From a virus: a stretch of 64,000 nt of DNA. A program made the translations under genes and the position numbers. This document shows, piece after piece, positions 1 to 9,926 of this stretch. The stretch lies in the IMG/VR virus record IMGVR_UViG_3300045988_079322; one strand, given 5' to 3'. The notes beneath the pieces are model-generated. The model was given only the letters and a program-made list of their open reading frames with translations, made no database searches and was not told where the DNA came from. Each line of letters starts with the position of its first letter. Within the stretch, counting starts at the first letter, position 1.

Positions 1-133
1 CATCACTAAGTTCTCTTCTCGCCGCAAATAAAGCATCCTTATTAATTCTAGCATATATATTATTAGTATTACAAGGCTCTTTATAAATATGACTTACTGT
101 TCGCTAATTAGGACTTCTTCTTTTGTCTGCCAT
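1..133 (-). CDS. hypothetical protein, partial (runs off window start); contains TAG codon
   Basis: minus-strand ATG (plus cat 131-133) with open frame to window edge; overlaps next minus ORF by ~25 nt. Confidence 0.2.
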
Positions 134-326
134 GGCAATCATCCTCCAATAGCGAACTTTGTCCCTTATATTTCTCAATCGCTTCTCTTAATTCCTAAGT
201 ATCTTCAAAAAGATAAACATTTAACCAAGGTTTCTAAGCATTTGGTGCTGTTCCAACAACCTTAAATCCCAACTCACATAGCTTTCTAGCTAACTTCAAA
301 GTAAAAACCTTATAATTATTAGTCAT
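108..326 (-). CDS. small hypothetical protein (72 aa, 2 in-frame TAG)
   Basis: minus-strand ORF MTNNYKVFTLKLARKLCELGFKVV..., RBS aaaggagacg upstream, ends TAA; two TAG read as sense. Confidence 0.4.
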
Positions 327-342
327 TTTGTTTTCGTCTCCT

Positions 343-486
343 TTAGTCGTTCGAATGGTTTTCTATATATTCTTTTACTGCTTTTCTAATTACTTGCGAC
401 ATAGTTAAATCTCTATCCTTCGCAAACTCTTCTAAAGTCTTTTTTTCTTCCTCTGTTAATCTAACAGAAACAGTCGAATAATTCAT
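343..486 (-). CDS. ribbon-helix-helix (CopG/Arc-like) DNA-binding protein, 47 aa
   Basis: minus ORF MNYSTVSVRLTEEEKKTLEEFAKDRDLTMSQVIRKAVKEYIENH; RBS gagaggtga; divergent from plus-strand operon. Confidence 0.5.
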   Translation of the reverse strand: MNYSTVSVRLTEEEKKTLEEFAKDRDLTMSQVIRKAVKEYIENHSND

Positions 487-725
487 ATTATCACCTCTCT
501 ACTATATTTCACTTTTATTATACCATAATTTTTCTGCTTTGTCCTAAAATTTGTTAAACTTTTTTCTAAAAAAATAAACAATATAACAACTGCGGACTGG
601 CAATTTTCTTGCCTAAAATTTTCCCGCATCCGTGAGAAATTATGACGATTCGTTGTATGCCCTCCCGCATCTGAAATTGTATATTTTATATGGTATTATA
701 TTTATATATAAAGGAGGTTAATGTA

Positions 726-1208
726 ATGCTACCTATTATTCTACCTATTGCTTTCTGTATTATGCTGCTCATCTTTTTGCTCGCAGGTTGTGACAGCATT
801 ATCGAGTATATAGTATGCTCACTCTTTTCCATGTTTGGCTCTATATTTCTAACATTTCTATCACTCGTAGTATGCGTATTCATCATTGAATGTGCAAACC
901 CCGAAACCTATTCAGCAGAAACTATCGCAACCTATGATATTATCGCACTAAGTGATAACTTTAGTTCAGAAGATGGACTTTGCTATTCGTTCCTATATCA
1001 AACGGATAAAGGCATCACTTCAAAGTCTATTAAAGCAGATAAAACTTACATTCAAGAAACTTCCGACGCTCCATATGCAACAGAAAACACTGTCCGCTTT
1101 AAAAATCCCGTCCTAAATGTTTTGTTTGGCTCTTGGTCTACAGAATATAATATCTATATTCCAGAAGGGTCATTTATCCAAGATGGATATGGCATTAGCC
1201 TTGAGTAA
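726..1208 (+). CDS. membrane protein (N-terminal TM helices)
   Basis: ATG after RBS aaaggaggt; ORF track 690..1208; hydrophobic N-terminus. Confidence 0.5.
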   Translation: MLPIILPIAFCIMLLIFLLAGCDSIIEYIVCSLFSMFGSIFLTFLSLVVCVFIIECANPETYSAETIATYDIIALSDNFSSEDGLCYSFLYQTDKGITSKSIKADKTYIQETSDAPYATENTVRFKNPVLNVLFGSWSTEYNIYIPEGSFIQDGYGISLE

Positions 1209-1245
1209 ATAAAGACTCCCTTTTAAGGGAGTCTTTATTTTTTTA
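1209..1245 (+). terminator. rho-independent terminator
   Basis: agactccctt ttaa gggagtcttt + T-run. Confidence 0.6.
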
Positions 1246-1293
1246 TAAAAATATTATATAATATATATAGAAAGTAAGAAAGGAAGTAAAATC

Positions 1294-1731
1294 ATGGAGA
1301 TTAGTAAGCTAGTTGAGGCAAAAGGATATAAGAACTCTACTGTAAAAATTTGTGAGTTCCTTGGCTTCTCTGACACTGATCAGCTCAAAAGGGCTAAATT
1401 CTTTGCTATCCAAGAAACTTATAGTCCTATCCCGGTTCTCGGAATTAGTATAAATAATGGAGATCCGACTTGGCGGCTATGCGAAGTAAATAATGATGTG
1501 GATGAACTTTACTCTGTTGATGAAGGATATAAGATTTGTCTCAAAATTTGCAACGAGTACGGAGGCAATATCTATTATCAAAGTGACTTTCTTTCTTTGC
1601 TGAAAAGTGGGCATATTATTTATTGCCCCGATGAAAGTAAATATGAAATCAAACACATTACTTGCGCAGAAAAGATCTCTGATGGAGCCATTCTAATTCA
1701 CGAATTCGACTCTATAGAGAAGAGGAAATAA
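1294..1731 (+). CDS. hypothetical protein 145 aa
   Basis: ORF track; preceded by conserved promoter/UTR cassette. Confidence 0.55.
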   Translation: MEISKLVEAKGYKNSTVKICEFLGFSDTDQLKRAKFFAIQETYSPIPVLGISINNGDPTWRLCEVNNDVDELYSVDEGYKICLKICNEYGGNIYYQSDFLSLLKSGHIIYCPDESKYEIKHITCAEKISDGAILIHEFDSIEKRK

Positions 1732-1733
1732 AT

Positions 1734-1919
1734 ATGTCATTTCTTATCTATACAGGCTCCTTCGAGTTAGCGGCAAGAGAACTTGCTAAAACCCCAGAAG
1801 CGCAAGATGACTTTGACCTACAAGCTAAGATCTGCCGCAAATATGGAATTTTCCTAGAAAATATAACTGATGATGAAGTTGAAATGTTGTCCCGCATGGT
1901 TGAAGAATTTGCTAATTAA
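1734..1919 (+). CDS. hypothetical protein 61 aa
   Basis: ORF track; tight coupling to upstream gene. Confidence 0.45.
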   Translation: MSFLIYTGSFELAARELAKTPEAQDDFDLQAKICRKYGIFLENITDDEVEMLSRMVEEFAN

Positions 1920-1936
1920 GAAAGGAAGAAATAACA

Positions 1937-2481
1937 TGATTGGTGAAACTATTACTGTAAATGGAGTAAAGTGCCTCGTTCTTGACGAAATTAATGGTAA
2001 TCCCTTCGTGATTGCCCTTGAGGTAGAAATTTATTCTGTTTTTGGAGACTCCAATAACTATAAAGAGAGTGGTTCGCGGAAGACCATTGAGTCTTGGTTT
2101 AAAAATACCGGTATCAAGGCTATCGCCCGTGATGTCGATCTCACCGCAATGGATGGATATAAAGGGTACGGCACACTAAATACTACTGTCGCGCCCCTTA
2201 CTTTCGATGAATACCGAAAGTACAATCATATTCTGACTCCTCATATCAAGAATTCGTTCTGGTTGGTTACCCCTTGGGGAAGTCCCAAAAAGGATAATTG
2301 GGCCTCGACCTACGTTTGCGTTGTCAGCTTCGATGGATCTGCGACCTACAACGTCTACAACCACAGCATCGGGCTCGCGCCGGCTTTCATCCTCGACAAA
2401 AACCAGTATTTTAACAAGTCTCTTAATGATTTCACCAATGAGGAATTGATTGCCGAGCTTAACAAGAGATTGAAGGTGTAA
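1937..2481 (+). CDS. hypothetical protein ~181 aa
   Basis: ATG after RBS aagaaaggaag; ORF track 1870..2481 in same frame. Confidence 0.5.
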
Positions 2482-2483
2482 TT

Positions 2484-3359
2484 ATGTATCTTCTCCCCTC
2501 TGCTCTTATTGACTCTATCTTAAATAAATATACTGAAAGAGTTAATTCTAAGTCTGGATATTATAAAATTCCATATGAATCGTGGAGACTTCTAAAGAAA
2601 CTTGCTTCTTCAGATTTAATTTTTGAAGTTGAAACTAAGCTCAAAAACGGAGAAATCCACCTATGTTTGACTAGCGATTCCCTCCACTACGAGATCCCTG
2701 TTACCTACGGTTTTGTAAATGTTATGAAAGAAAGGTTGATTAAGATGACTGATACCAATTCCGCTTATCTCATGCCTGCGAAGAAGAAAACTGCGCTTAA
2801 TATGAATTTTGATTTCGGCCCCATCAATGAAGGCGTGGCTATTTCTCCTTACGGCCTTGCTGTCCTCACCGCAGATTACCGTTGGCTGACCTACAATCCC
2901 GCAACCGCGCAGACTGTCGAAGTAACTGGTTTTACTTTTGATTTCAAGGGCATGATTTATAAAATCCCTGCTACCATTAAAGATATTTCCGCAGGTGATT
3001 TGATTATCCATCAAAAGAAACCCATGTATGTAACTGAAATTACCGATTCTAATATCGGAGTCGTAGATATTATCAATTCTGAGGTAAAGACCGTCATTCC
3101 TATCACCAATATGTTCGGCTTTAATTTCATCACCAAGATCGTATCTTTCCTCAATTTTGGTTCTTCTACTCCCACCGAGGAGCAGCCCTTCGGCAATATT
3201 ATGCCTATTATCATGGCTAGCATGGTATTCAACGAGGATGAAGATTCTACCTTCGGCAACATGGATATGAGCAAGCTGATGATGATTTCTATGCTGTCCG
3301 GTAACTCCAATCCCTTTGGCAATATGTTCAATTTCAACCTCAATACTCAGAATAAGTAA
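2484..3359 (+). CDS. hypothetical protein 291 aa with C-terminal FGN(M/I) repeats
   Basis: ORF track; repeated FGNIM/FGNMD/FGNMF motifs. Confidence 0.55.
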   Translation: MYLLPSALIDSILNKYTERVNSKSGYYKIPYESWRLLKKLASSDLIFEVETKLKNGEIHLCLTSDSLHYEIPVTYGFVNVMKERLIKMTDTNSAYLMPAKKKTALNMNFDFGPINEGVAISPYGLAVLTADYRWLTYNPATAQTVEVTGFTFDFKGMIYKIPATIKDISAGDLIIHQKKPMYVTEITDSNIGVVDIINSEVKTVIPITNMFGFNFITKIVSFLNFGSSTPTEEQPFGNIMPIIMASMVFNEDEDSTFGNMDMSKLMMISMLSGNSNPFGNMFNFNLNTQNK

Positions 3360-3363
3360 TTTA

Positions 3364-3400
3364 AAGAGGATGGTTTTCTGCCATCCTCTTTCTTCTTTTG
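3364..3400 (+). terminator. rho-independent terminator
   Basis: aagaggatgg ttttctg ccatcctctt + T-run. Confidence 0.6.
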
Positions 3401-3462
3401 ATTTTTTATATATTTTATAATATAATATATACATAAAGAATAAGAAAGGAAGAGGATTGCCA

Positions 3463-3690
3463 ATGACTGCTATTATTACTTGTTCCATTGAAGATGCAAC
3501 TTTTGAGAGCCATTTTGCTATTGATAAGGAAACTCCCGAGTATATGATTGCGGATGAGGCATATCGACTTGCTATTCTATTCGCACAAACTCAGTTTATC
3601 GCAAGATTTGGTCGTCTTATCTCTGGATATGATTTTGGTGAATTTCTCAAAAAACTTGATTATGATTATAAAATCAAGGAGGGAGAATGA
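3463..3690 (+). CDS. hypothetical protein 75 aa
   Basis: ATG after cassette RBS aagaaaggaagagg. Confidence 0.45.
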   Translation: MTAIITCSIEDATFESHFAIDKETPEYMIADEAYRLAILFAQTQFIARFGRLISGYDFGEFLKKLDYDYKIKEGE

Positions 3691-3720
3691 TGAAAAATAT
3701 TTTTATGGTCTATTAATTGG

Positions 3721-3755
3721 CAAAGAGCTTTCTTGAGGAAGCTCTTTTTCTTTTG
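3721..3755 (+). terminator. rho-independent terminator
   Basis: agagctttcttgaggaagctcttt + ttcttttg. Confidence 0.55.
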
Positions 3756-3813
3756 CAAAAATTAAAAAATAATGATATAATAATTATAGAAAGTGGTTAA
3801 GGAGGTTTAAATT

Positions 3814-4296
3814 ATGCCTGTTGCTCCTAGTTTTCAGTCCTATAAGCGTATCACTGAAGAGCCTTTTATTAAAAATGGCAAGTATTATGTAACTGTAGAA
3901 CACCCAAATACCAAGAACCATCGAGATGTTCGTTGGTATTCTGAAGCTGAATTCGCCAAAGCGTATGGTAAGAAAATTGTAGATACTGATAAAGGGTATG
4001 ACGGACTGAAGCACGCAAGAGGCTTTGATAACGGCCCTATCCTTGTAATTCGTGGTAATAAGGCTGCGGATGAAGACTGGTTGCGGGAATCCGTAGCTCG
4101 ATATGCCGTAGGGATTGGTTGGTATATCGCTTCGACTGATACTTTTCCTGATGACGCTCCCGATCATCTAAAGTATCTCTTGCTCGGATGGGACGAATTT
4201 CGTGATGGGGATGACCGCCATATGAAGAAGCCTGCGGATCTGTCTACCCTGTTGGATAAGAAAGCAAGAGCAAAAGAGTGGGTGAAGATGAAATAA
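3814..4296 (+). CDS. hypothetical protein 160 aa
   Basis: ORF track; RBS ggttaaggagg. Confidence 0.55.
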   Translation: MPVAPSFQSYKRITEEPFIKNGKYYVTVEHPNTKNHRDVRWYSEAEFAKAYGKKIVDTDKGYDGLKHARGFDNGPILVIRGNKAADEDWLRESVARYAVGIGWYIASTDTFPDDAPDHLKYLLLGWDEFRDGDDRHMKKPADLSTLLDKKARAKEWVKMK

Positions 4297-4502
4297 ATAC
4301 CTTATTAATCATTCTTGACACCTTTATGTCCGCATCATTCTTTGTTTTAGCTATTTTGGCCGATGAAAAAACTATTAAAGCATTGAGTAGTATCACAGCA
4401 GTTTGTTGGCTAATCAGTTGTATTCCTTACTATAATCGGAAAATTGGCAATCTGATTACCACTTTAGTTCAAGGAATCGGTTTGCAAAAAACAAAAAAAT
4501 AA
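4278..4502 (+). CDS. small membrane protein (start uncertain, GTG 4278 or ATG ~4326)
   Basis: ORF track; hydrophobic. Confidence 0.35.
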   Translation: MGEDEINTLLIILDTFMSASFFVLAILADEKTIKALSSITAVCWLISCIPYYNRKIGNLITTLVQGIGLQKTKK

Positions 4503-4543
4503 GTTATAATAATTATAGAAAGTGAGGAAGGAGATTTCTTGTA

Positions 4544-4852
4544 ATGAGCGTTGATTATCGCACTGAAATAGTCTACGGAGTTCTTCTTGATAAGAATGAA
4601 ATTGACATTCTTAATCAAAAGAATGATGAATTTCGGGATACAAATTGTAATTTTATTCACATAGCCGACTGTTATACCGATACCAGTGATATTGTCATCG
4701 GTGTTGAAATAGGCGGTGCTATCGAGGAAGGTACAGCCAGAAAGATTACGCTTCCTAAAATCATTCCCGAAATGGATAAAGTGGAAAATATTCTCCGTGA
4801 ACTTGGCGTTACGCGAGAATTTGCATGGTATGCAGTTCATTGTGTCTCATAA
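4544..4852 (+). CDS. hypothetical protein 102 aa
   Basis: ORF track; cassette RBS gtgaggaaggag. Confidence 0.5.
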   Translation: MSVDYRTEIVYGVLLDKNEIDILNQKNDEFRDTNCNFIHIADCYTDTSDIVIGVEIGGAIEEGTARKITLPKIIPEMDKVENILRELGVTREFAWYAVHCVS

Positions 4853-4932
4853 TCCAAGAAATTTTCTTGACTCTACTCAAAAAATATCATATAATATAAA
4901 TACAATAAAACAAGAGAGGAATTGATTAATTT

Positions 4933-5373
4933 ATGTCTAACACTGTAAAGAAGCCCACTAAGAAAGCCAATTATAATGCTATTTTGAGCATTCTGTCCGC
5001 CGCTGAGGGCGAGGGTCTCGTTCTCGAGTCCACAGAGATTACCTACGATAGTCTGCGCGAGTTCATTGAGCATGAGGTTGAGCTCCTTGATAATAAGGCT
5101 GCTGCTGCCGCTAAGAGAGCTGCTGCTAAGAAGGTCGAGGGAGATGCTCTTCGTGAGAAGATTTATGATGTTCTTACCGATGAGCCTATGACCATCAGCG
5201 ATATTGTAAAGGCTCTGAACGACGAGGATATTTCTGCTCAGATGGTAACTGCACGTCTGACTCAGCTCGCTTCTCCTGAGGTTAACCGTGTTGTGAAGGA
5301 GACTGTGAATGTTCCTGCTTCTAGCGAGGGTGGAAAGAGCAAGAAGCTTTCTGCTTATCGCAGAATTGGCTAA
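4933..5373 (+). CDS. hypothetical Ala/Lys-rich protein 146 aa
   Basis: ORF track. Confidence 0.55.
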   Translation: MSNTVKKPTKKANYNAILSILSAAEGEGLVLESTEITYDSLREFIEHEVELLDNKAAAAAKRAAAKKVEGDALREKIYDVLTDEPMTISDIVKALNDEDISAQMVTARLTQLASPEVNRVVKETVNVPASSEGGKSKKLSAYRRIG

Positions 5374-5380
5374 TTAAAAC

Positions 5381-5422
5381 CTTTAGAAAGGTAGCTACGA
5401 AGAGTAGCTACCTTTCTTTTTA
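5381..5422 (+). terminator. rho-independent terminator
   Basis: aaaggtagctac gaag agtagctaccttt ctttttat. Confidence 0.6.
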
Positions 5423-5673
5423 TCCACATTTTAGTACAAATTGCAAAACCAGAAGGCCCTCCCGGAAAATTCATAATGTGGCATACCGCACATAATATAA
5501 TAGCAATAACAATAGCAATAATAACCAGAAACATAGGTCAAACTCCTTTAACTTTTATTATATATTTATTATAACAAAGCAAAAGCACAATGTCAATTTG
5601 GCATTTTCTTCTCAAGATTGACGGGTTATTTATTATATGCTATAATAAATATATAATAAAGGAGGGTTGTTTA

Positions 5674-6447
5674 ATGATATTTAGTTTAAATTATCATTCT
5701 GACAATAAGAAAAATGCTGGAGAGATCAGATGCCCTTATAATCAACTAGGAACTATTATTAAATTTATCAAAGAAAATCCAACAAAAAGATATAACATTA
5801 TAATTCCAGATGATTTAGTTCAAATAGAATTAACAAGATTAATTGAACAAGTGGATATAGTAAAATCAATAGCATAGAATTACACAATTCAATGTGGAAA
5901 TATCTTACAATTACGAGACTTAAAAGACATGGGGTATAACAGATATTTGCGTTTCCCTGTTACTGATTGGGAAACTTTTCAAGAATTGCGGGAAGCCGAG
6001 GTTAGTGACATCTATATAGATGGACCATTAGGGTTTCAAATGGATCTATTAGAGAAATATAAAGGAGATATAAAGATTAGGGTATCACCCACTATTTCTC
6101 CTAATGCCTCACTGTCCGCAGAAAGAAAACCAACGAGCTTCTTTATTCGCCCAGAAGATCTTAGCCTCTATTCTGCTATTGATGTAATAGATTTTAGTCA
6201 ACCATCTAAAGACAAGGAAGATACATTATTTAGTATCTATACTAGAGGTTCTTTTAATTATGATATAAATCTTCTTATTGATGGATTACCTTCAAGAAAT
6301 AATCTATTATTTAAGGAAGAATTTGGAAAAACTCGTTTAAACTGTAAACAAAAATGTAATATCCCAGGTCATCACTGTCACTACTGCGATACTTATTTCT
6401 CTGTTGCTTCTCGTCTAAACGAATTAGCTCAACTTAGTAAAAAGTAA
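5674..6447 (+). CDS. hypothetical Zn-finger protein; two track ORFs (5590..5877, 5929..6447) joined in frame through one TAG
   Basis: ATG 5674 after RBS aaggagggttg; same frame continues through TAG at 5875 into 5929 ORF, which has no RBS of its own. Confidence 0.4.
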
Positions 6448-6515
6448 AATTAGATTTTATTATTTTTATATATTATAATATAATTATAAAGATAATAAAA
6501 GGAGTGTTTCTAAAA

Positions 6516-7228
6516 TGAAATGGTCAGAAATTCTCCCTCAAGACGCGTTGAATTTAAGTGTTCAACTTGAAAATTATGCTTTGGAAGAGCGTTCAAGAGG
6601 GAAAGTTTTATTTCCAGAGTAGGATAAAATTTTTCGAGCACTTAATCTCACGCGCCCTGAAGATGTAAAAGTTTGTATCGTTGGGCAAGATCCATATCAT
6701 ACTCCAGGCGCAGCCAACGGTCTGGCATTTTCTATTTCTGATGGAAGTCCAATTCAACCTTCTTTAAGAAATATTTTTAGCGAGCTTAATAGCGACTTAG
6801 GGCTGCCAATCCCGCAGTCAGGAGATTTAACGCCTTGGGCTGAACGAGGAGTATTACTCATTAATGCTAGTCTAACCGTTTATGAACATCAAGCTAATAG
6901 TTGTGTTAATTGGGGATGGAATAAGTTTACAACAGCAATATTAAAGGCTGCTACCCAGTTACCGCAGCCTATTGTTTTTATGCTATGGGGAGCTAATGCT
7001 CAGAATTTATTGAAGGATTTAAATTCTAGTCCTATGGTATGGGACGGTCCGGGAATAGCAAGAGAGAATTTAATTAAGAAAGCCTATATTTTATCCTCCC
7101 ATCCAAGTCCCTTTAGTGTAAGTAAGCCATGTAAGGGAACTCCCTCGTTTAAAGGTAGTAAACCATTTTCAACAGCGAATAGTTTATTGCTTTCAATGGG
7201 AGGAGAACCTATTGACTGGACTCTATAA
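6516..7228 (+). CDS. ung: uracil-DNA glycosylase (family 1), one internal TAG
   Basis: GQDPYH and HPSPFS motifs; track ORF 6980..7228 is C-terminal part in same frame; TAG at ~6620 aligns with Gln of E. coli Ung YPPQKDVF. Confidence 0.8.
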
Positions 7229-7249
7229 GATGGGAGATAAAGCATATAG

Positions 7250-8554
7250 ATGATAGATTTAAGAGAATTAAAAAATGATTTTGAATCTATACTTGTTCAT
7301 TCTCAGGATTACCCCTTTTATTTAAACTCGGAGAATTTGATTTCTCAATGGTTAGAGGCTAAAAGGGATATAATCAACCTTTTTGGTGGAGAGTTGGTAT
7401 TAAGGAGTAAAGAACCAGTTAAGATTTTCTTAACAGAAGAACAGAGAGATAAAAGATTTGAAGAGTTCTTACAGGCTCTTGATGAAAACGGGATTCTAAC
7501 AGAGGAATTTGAATTATTTTTGCGCGTTAATAAAGATGGATTCTTTGATAATAAAGTTATGTTACCTTATCCATCTTTTAATATTCCGTTAGGATCAAAG
7601 CTCTCAAAATCTTTCAAAAAGTTTCTTAATAGTAATGAGATTGTCAGATGGGCGCAAGACATAGCATCAAGATATATTCAAGAGAATAAAATAGAAGGAT
7701 ATTTATATTTATCTGTTCATCCTATTGATTTTCTTACTATATCAGAGAATAATGAAAATTGGTGGTCATGTCAATCTTTAGACGGGGATTATAGAAGTGG
7801 AAATTTAAGTTATTTAGTAGATAAGACTACAATAGTAGCATATCTATCAAATGGGAAACAGGAATATTTAAAATGTTTACCAAAAGGAATGACATGGAAT
7901 AGCAAAAAATGGAGAATGTTAGTCCATACAGATGGAGAAAGAAATATCTACTACAATAGACAATATCCATATGAATCTAGAGATTTATTATCTAGTGTCC
8001 ATAGTATGTTAGTTTCATTAATAAAAAATGAAATGACTGAACCGATTGATTATGGCTTTAAAGTAATCCAATCTCAATGGAGTAGCGGGATGCTTACATA
8101 TAATCAGATCAACGCAGGTGGACGAACTTTTGACACTAGAGACGTGATTGATACAAATGACTATCTCGGTTATTCTGATTTAATTATCTCTAGTACATAT
8201 GCTCCTATTATATCGGTGAGCGATGATAAATTTCATGAGTATGCTGAAAACATAAATAAAAGCAAAAAGATTGAAGAAGTGTTCTTTAATAATGCTTTTA
8301 AAATTAAAATTGGGGAACGACCAATTTGTCCATGTTGTGGAACCGAATACATTAAACGTGAAGATTCATTTCTTTGTGATTATTGTATTTCAGAAAAAGA
8401 GGCAGATGAGGACTTCTTTTTGACTTGTGATAGTTGTTATCGTAGAATATACGATGAAGATGAAATTTATTGGATGGATGGCAGACCATATTGTAAAAAG
8501 TGCCATAATTTAATGCAACAAGAGGATAGATTAATCGAGGAGGACGATGAATAA
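7250..8554 (+). CDS. hypothetical protein 434 aa with C-terminal Cys-cluster zinc ribbon
   Basis: ORF track; CPCCG...CDYC...CDSC...CKKC. Confidence 0.6.
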   Translation: MIDLRELKNDFESILVHSQDYPFYLNSENLISQWLEAKRDIINLFGGELVLRSKEPVKIFLTEEQRDKRFEEFLQALDENGILTEEFELFLRVNKDGFFDNKVMLPYPSFNIPLGSKLSKSFKKFLNSNEIVRWAQDIASRYIQENKIEGYLYLSVHPIDFLTISENNENWWSCQSLDGDYRSGNLSYLVDKTTIVAYLSNGKQEYLKCLPKGMTWNSKKWRMLVHTDGERNIYYNRQYPYESRDLLSSVHSMLVSLIKNEMTEPIDYGFKVIQSQWSSGMLTYNQINAGGRTFDTRDVIDTNDYLGYSDLIISSTYAPIISVSDDKFHEYAENINKSKKIEEVFFNNAFKIKIGERPICPCCGTEYIKREDSFLCDYCISEKEADEDFFLTCDSCYRRIYDEDEIYWMDGRPYCKKCHNLMQQEDRLIEEDDE

Positions 8555-8865
8555 TGGCTAAACGTGGAGATGCAGCTCGTCAAAATGTAATGGATATAAT
8601 TTGCAAGGCTTTTGGAGAAGATTTTGTTGGAATTCAAGATAAGAAAATCTATGTGTGGGCACAAGATGGCGTAAATGGAGAGAAAATTCAATTTGCGGTT
8701 TCTATTACTATGCCAAAGACACCGATTGCGGGTGGTGGAGATAATGCGCCCTCTACATCAAGCTCAGGAGGGGCACCAGCAACTGAGTTTACTCCTACTG
8801 AGTTAGCTCCTGAAGATAAGGCCAAGATCGAAGAGCTAAAAAAGAGACTTGGAATTTTTGATTAA
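8554..8865 (+). CDS. hypothetical protein 103 aa
   Basis: ORF track. Confidence 0.5.
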   Translation: MAKRGDAARQNVMDIICKAFGEDFVGIQDKKIYVWAQDGVNGEKIQFAVSITMPKTPIAGGGDNAPSTSSSGGAPATEFTPTELAPEDKAKIEELKKRLGIFD

Positions 8866-8924
8866 AAATTTTGGGTATGGGTAATTAAATTATTCAGTAT
8901 AAAGTTTAATAATAGTACACTTCC

Positions 8925-8970
8925 CTCACTAAAGAGAGGCGTAAAGAAAAGACTTTAGATTTTACGCCTC
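8925..8970 (+). terminator. rho-independent terminator
   Basis: gagaggcgtaaag...ctttagattttacgcctctc + ttg. Confidence 0.5.
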
Positions 8971-8972
8971 TC

Positions 8973-9035
8973 TTGAAAATTAAAAAAAATTATTATATAA
9001 TATATATAGAAAGTTAAGGAAAGGAAGTTCTGAGT
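8973..9035 (+). promoter_or_regulatory. conserved promoter + 5'UTR/SD cassette (TTGAAA-N17-TATAAT + atatatagaaagttaaggaaaggaag)
   Basis: one of >20 near-identical copies upstream of genes. Confidence 0.65.
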
Positions 9036-9926
9036 TTGAAGATTTATCTCGACCTGGAAGCTAATTGCACCACCAATGAAGCAATTTCTATTGGTATGGT
9101 AACAGAGAATGGAGATACATTTTATAGTCTCATTCGTCCGCATACGAAACTTGACCATAATATAAAGGTTTTGACAGGAGTTTCTCAGGAAGATGCAGAC
9201 CAGGCTCCTAGTCTTGAAGAAGCAATGTTAGGAGTTAGAGAGTTCCTTTCCTTTCTTGATGAAGAAAATACTTTCTATCACTACGGCAAGAGTGATAGGG
9301 GTTTTCTTAGAGCTTCTATGGGCTTTACGACTGATATGAAAGCTCTTACTACTCTGCAATACATTCACAATAGATGTGAAAATGTTGACAAAAGGGTGGC
9401 GTCTCATTTTCGCAGGGATGCGATTGGTCTTAGGTCTGCGTATCTGACCATGAAACTTTCTTCTGAGGATCCAATTCAGAATCATAATGCTTTAGAAGAT
9501 GCCTGGATGTTGAAATACGTTTGGGAAAATATTGATGGATACACTCTTCCTGATGGGATTGAGCCGGTAAAAGTACCTAAGGTCAAGATGTCTTATGGTA
9601 AAAGCAAGGCTAATCCTGCAAGCCCGGAAGAGCTGATGAATCGCAGACTGACGGCGAAACAGCCGCGTTCCCGCAGAAATGAAGCGATTAGGAATTGTCC
9701 TGCTATTGATGACGATAAGTATAAGATTGCGGGAGTGGCGATTAAGGGTGAGCGTGAAATTCCCTTTAAAGAGATTTATGAAGTAAAAGGGTTCGTTCAT
9801 GTGGGCAGATTTAAAACTGCGGCCCAGGTTCTTCATGCTCTTGATGTTATTTACGCGGCCATGGAGACCGGTAAAGGTAATCCAGATACCAAAGGCTGGA
9901 TTTTTAAGAAAGTTGAAAAACAATAA
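9036..9926 (+). CDS. DEDDh 3'-5' exonuclease (DnaQ/RNase T-like)
   Basis: Exo motifs YLDLEAN ... HNALEDAWM; TTG start after cassette. Confidence 0.65.
   Translation: MKIYLDLEANCTTNEAISIGMVTENGDTFYSLIRPHTKLDHNIKVLTGVSQEDADQAPSLEEAMLGVREFLSFLDEENTFYHYGKSDRGFLRASMGFTTDMKALTTLQYIHNRCENVDKRVASHFRRDAIGLRSAYLTMKLSSEDPIQNHNALEDAWMLKYVWENIDGYTLPDGIEPVKVPKVKMSYGKSKANPASPEELMNRRLTAKQPRSRRNEAIRNCPAIDDDKYKIAGVAIKGEREIPFKEIYEVKGFVHVGRFKTAAQVLHALDVIYAAMETGKGNPDTKGWIFKKVEKQ

Noticed and set aside
2661-3488. Long minus-strand ORFs in the supplied track (2661..3488, 9492..10004, 31409..31903, 37700..38377, 62633..63205 etc.) overlapping plus-strand genes
   Set aside because: They lie antisense within well-supported plus-strand genes, lack RBS or promoter cassettes, and reflect the AT-rich composition rather than coding potential.
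5373-5534. Minus-strand hydrophobic mini-ORF (MFLVIIAIVIAIILCAVCHIMNF..., ~54 aa)
   Set aside because: It overlaps a strong plus-strand terminator hairpin and the 3' end of the neighbouring gene; plausible but unsupported, so not called.
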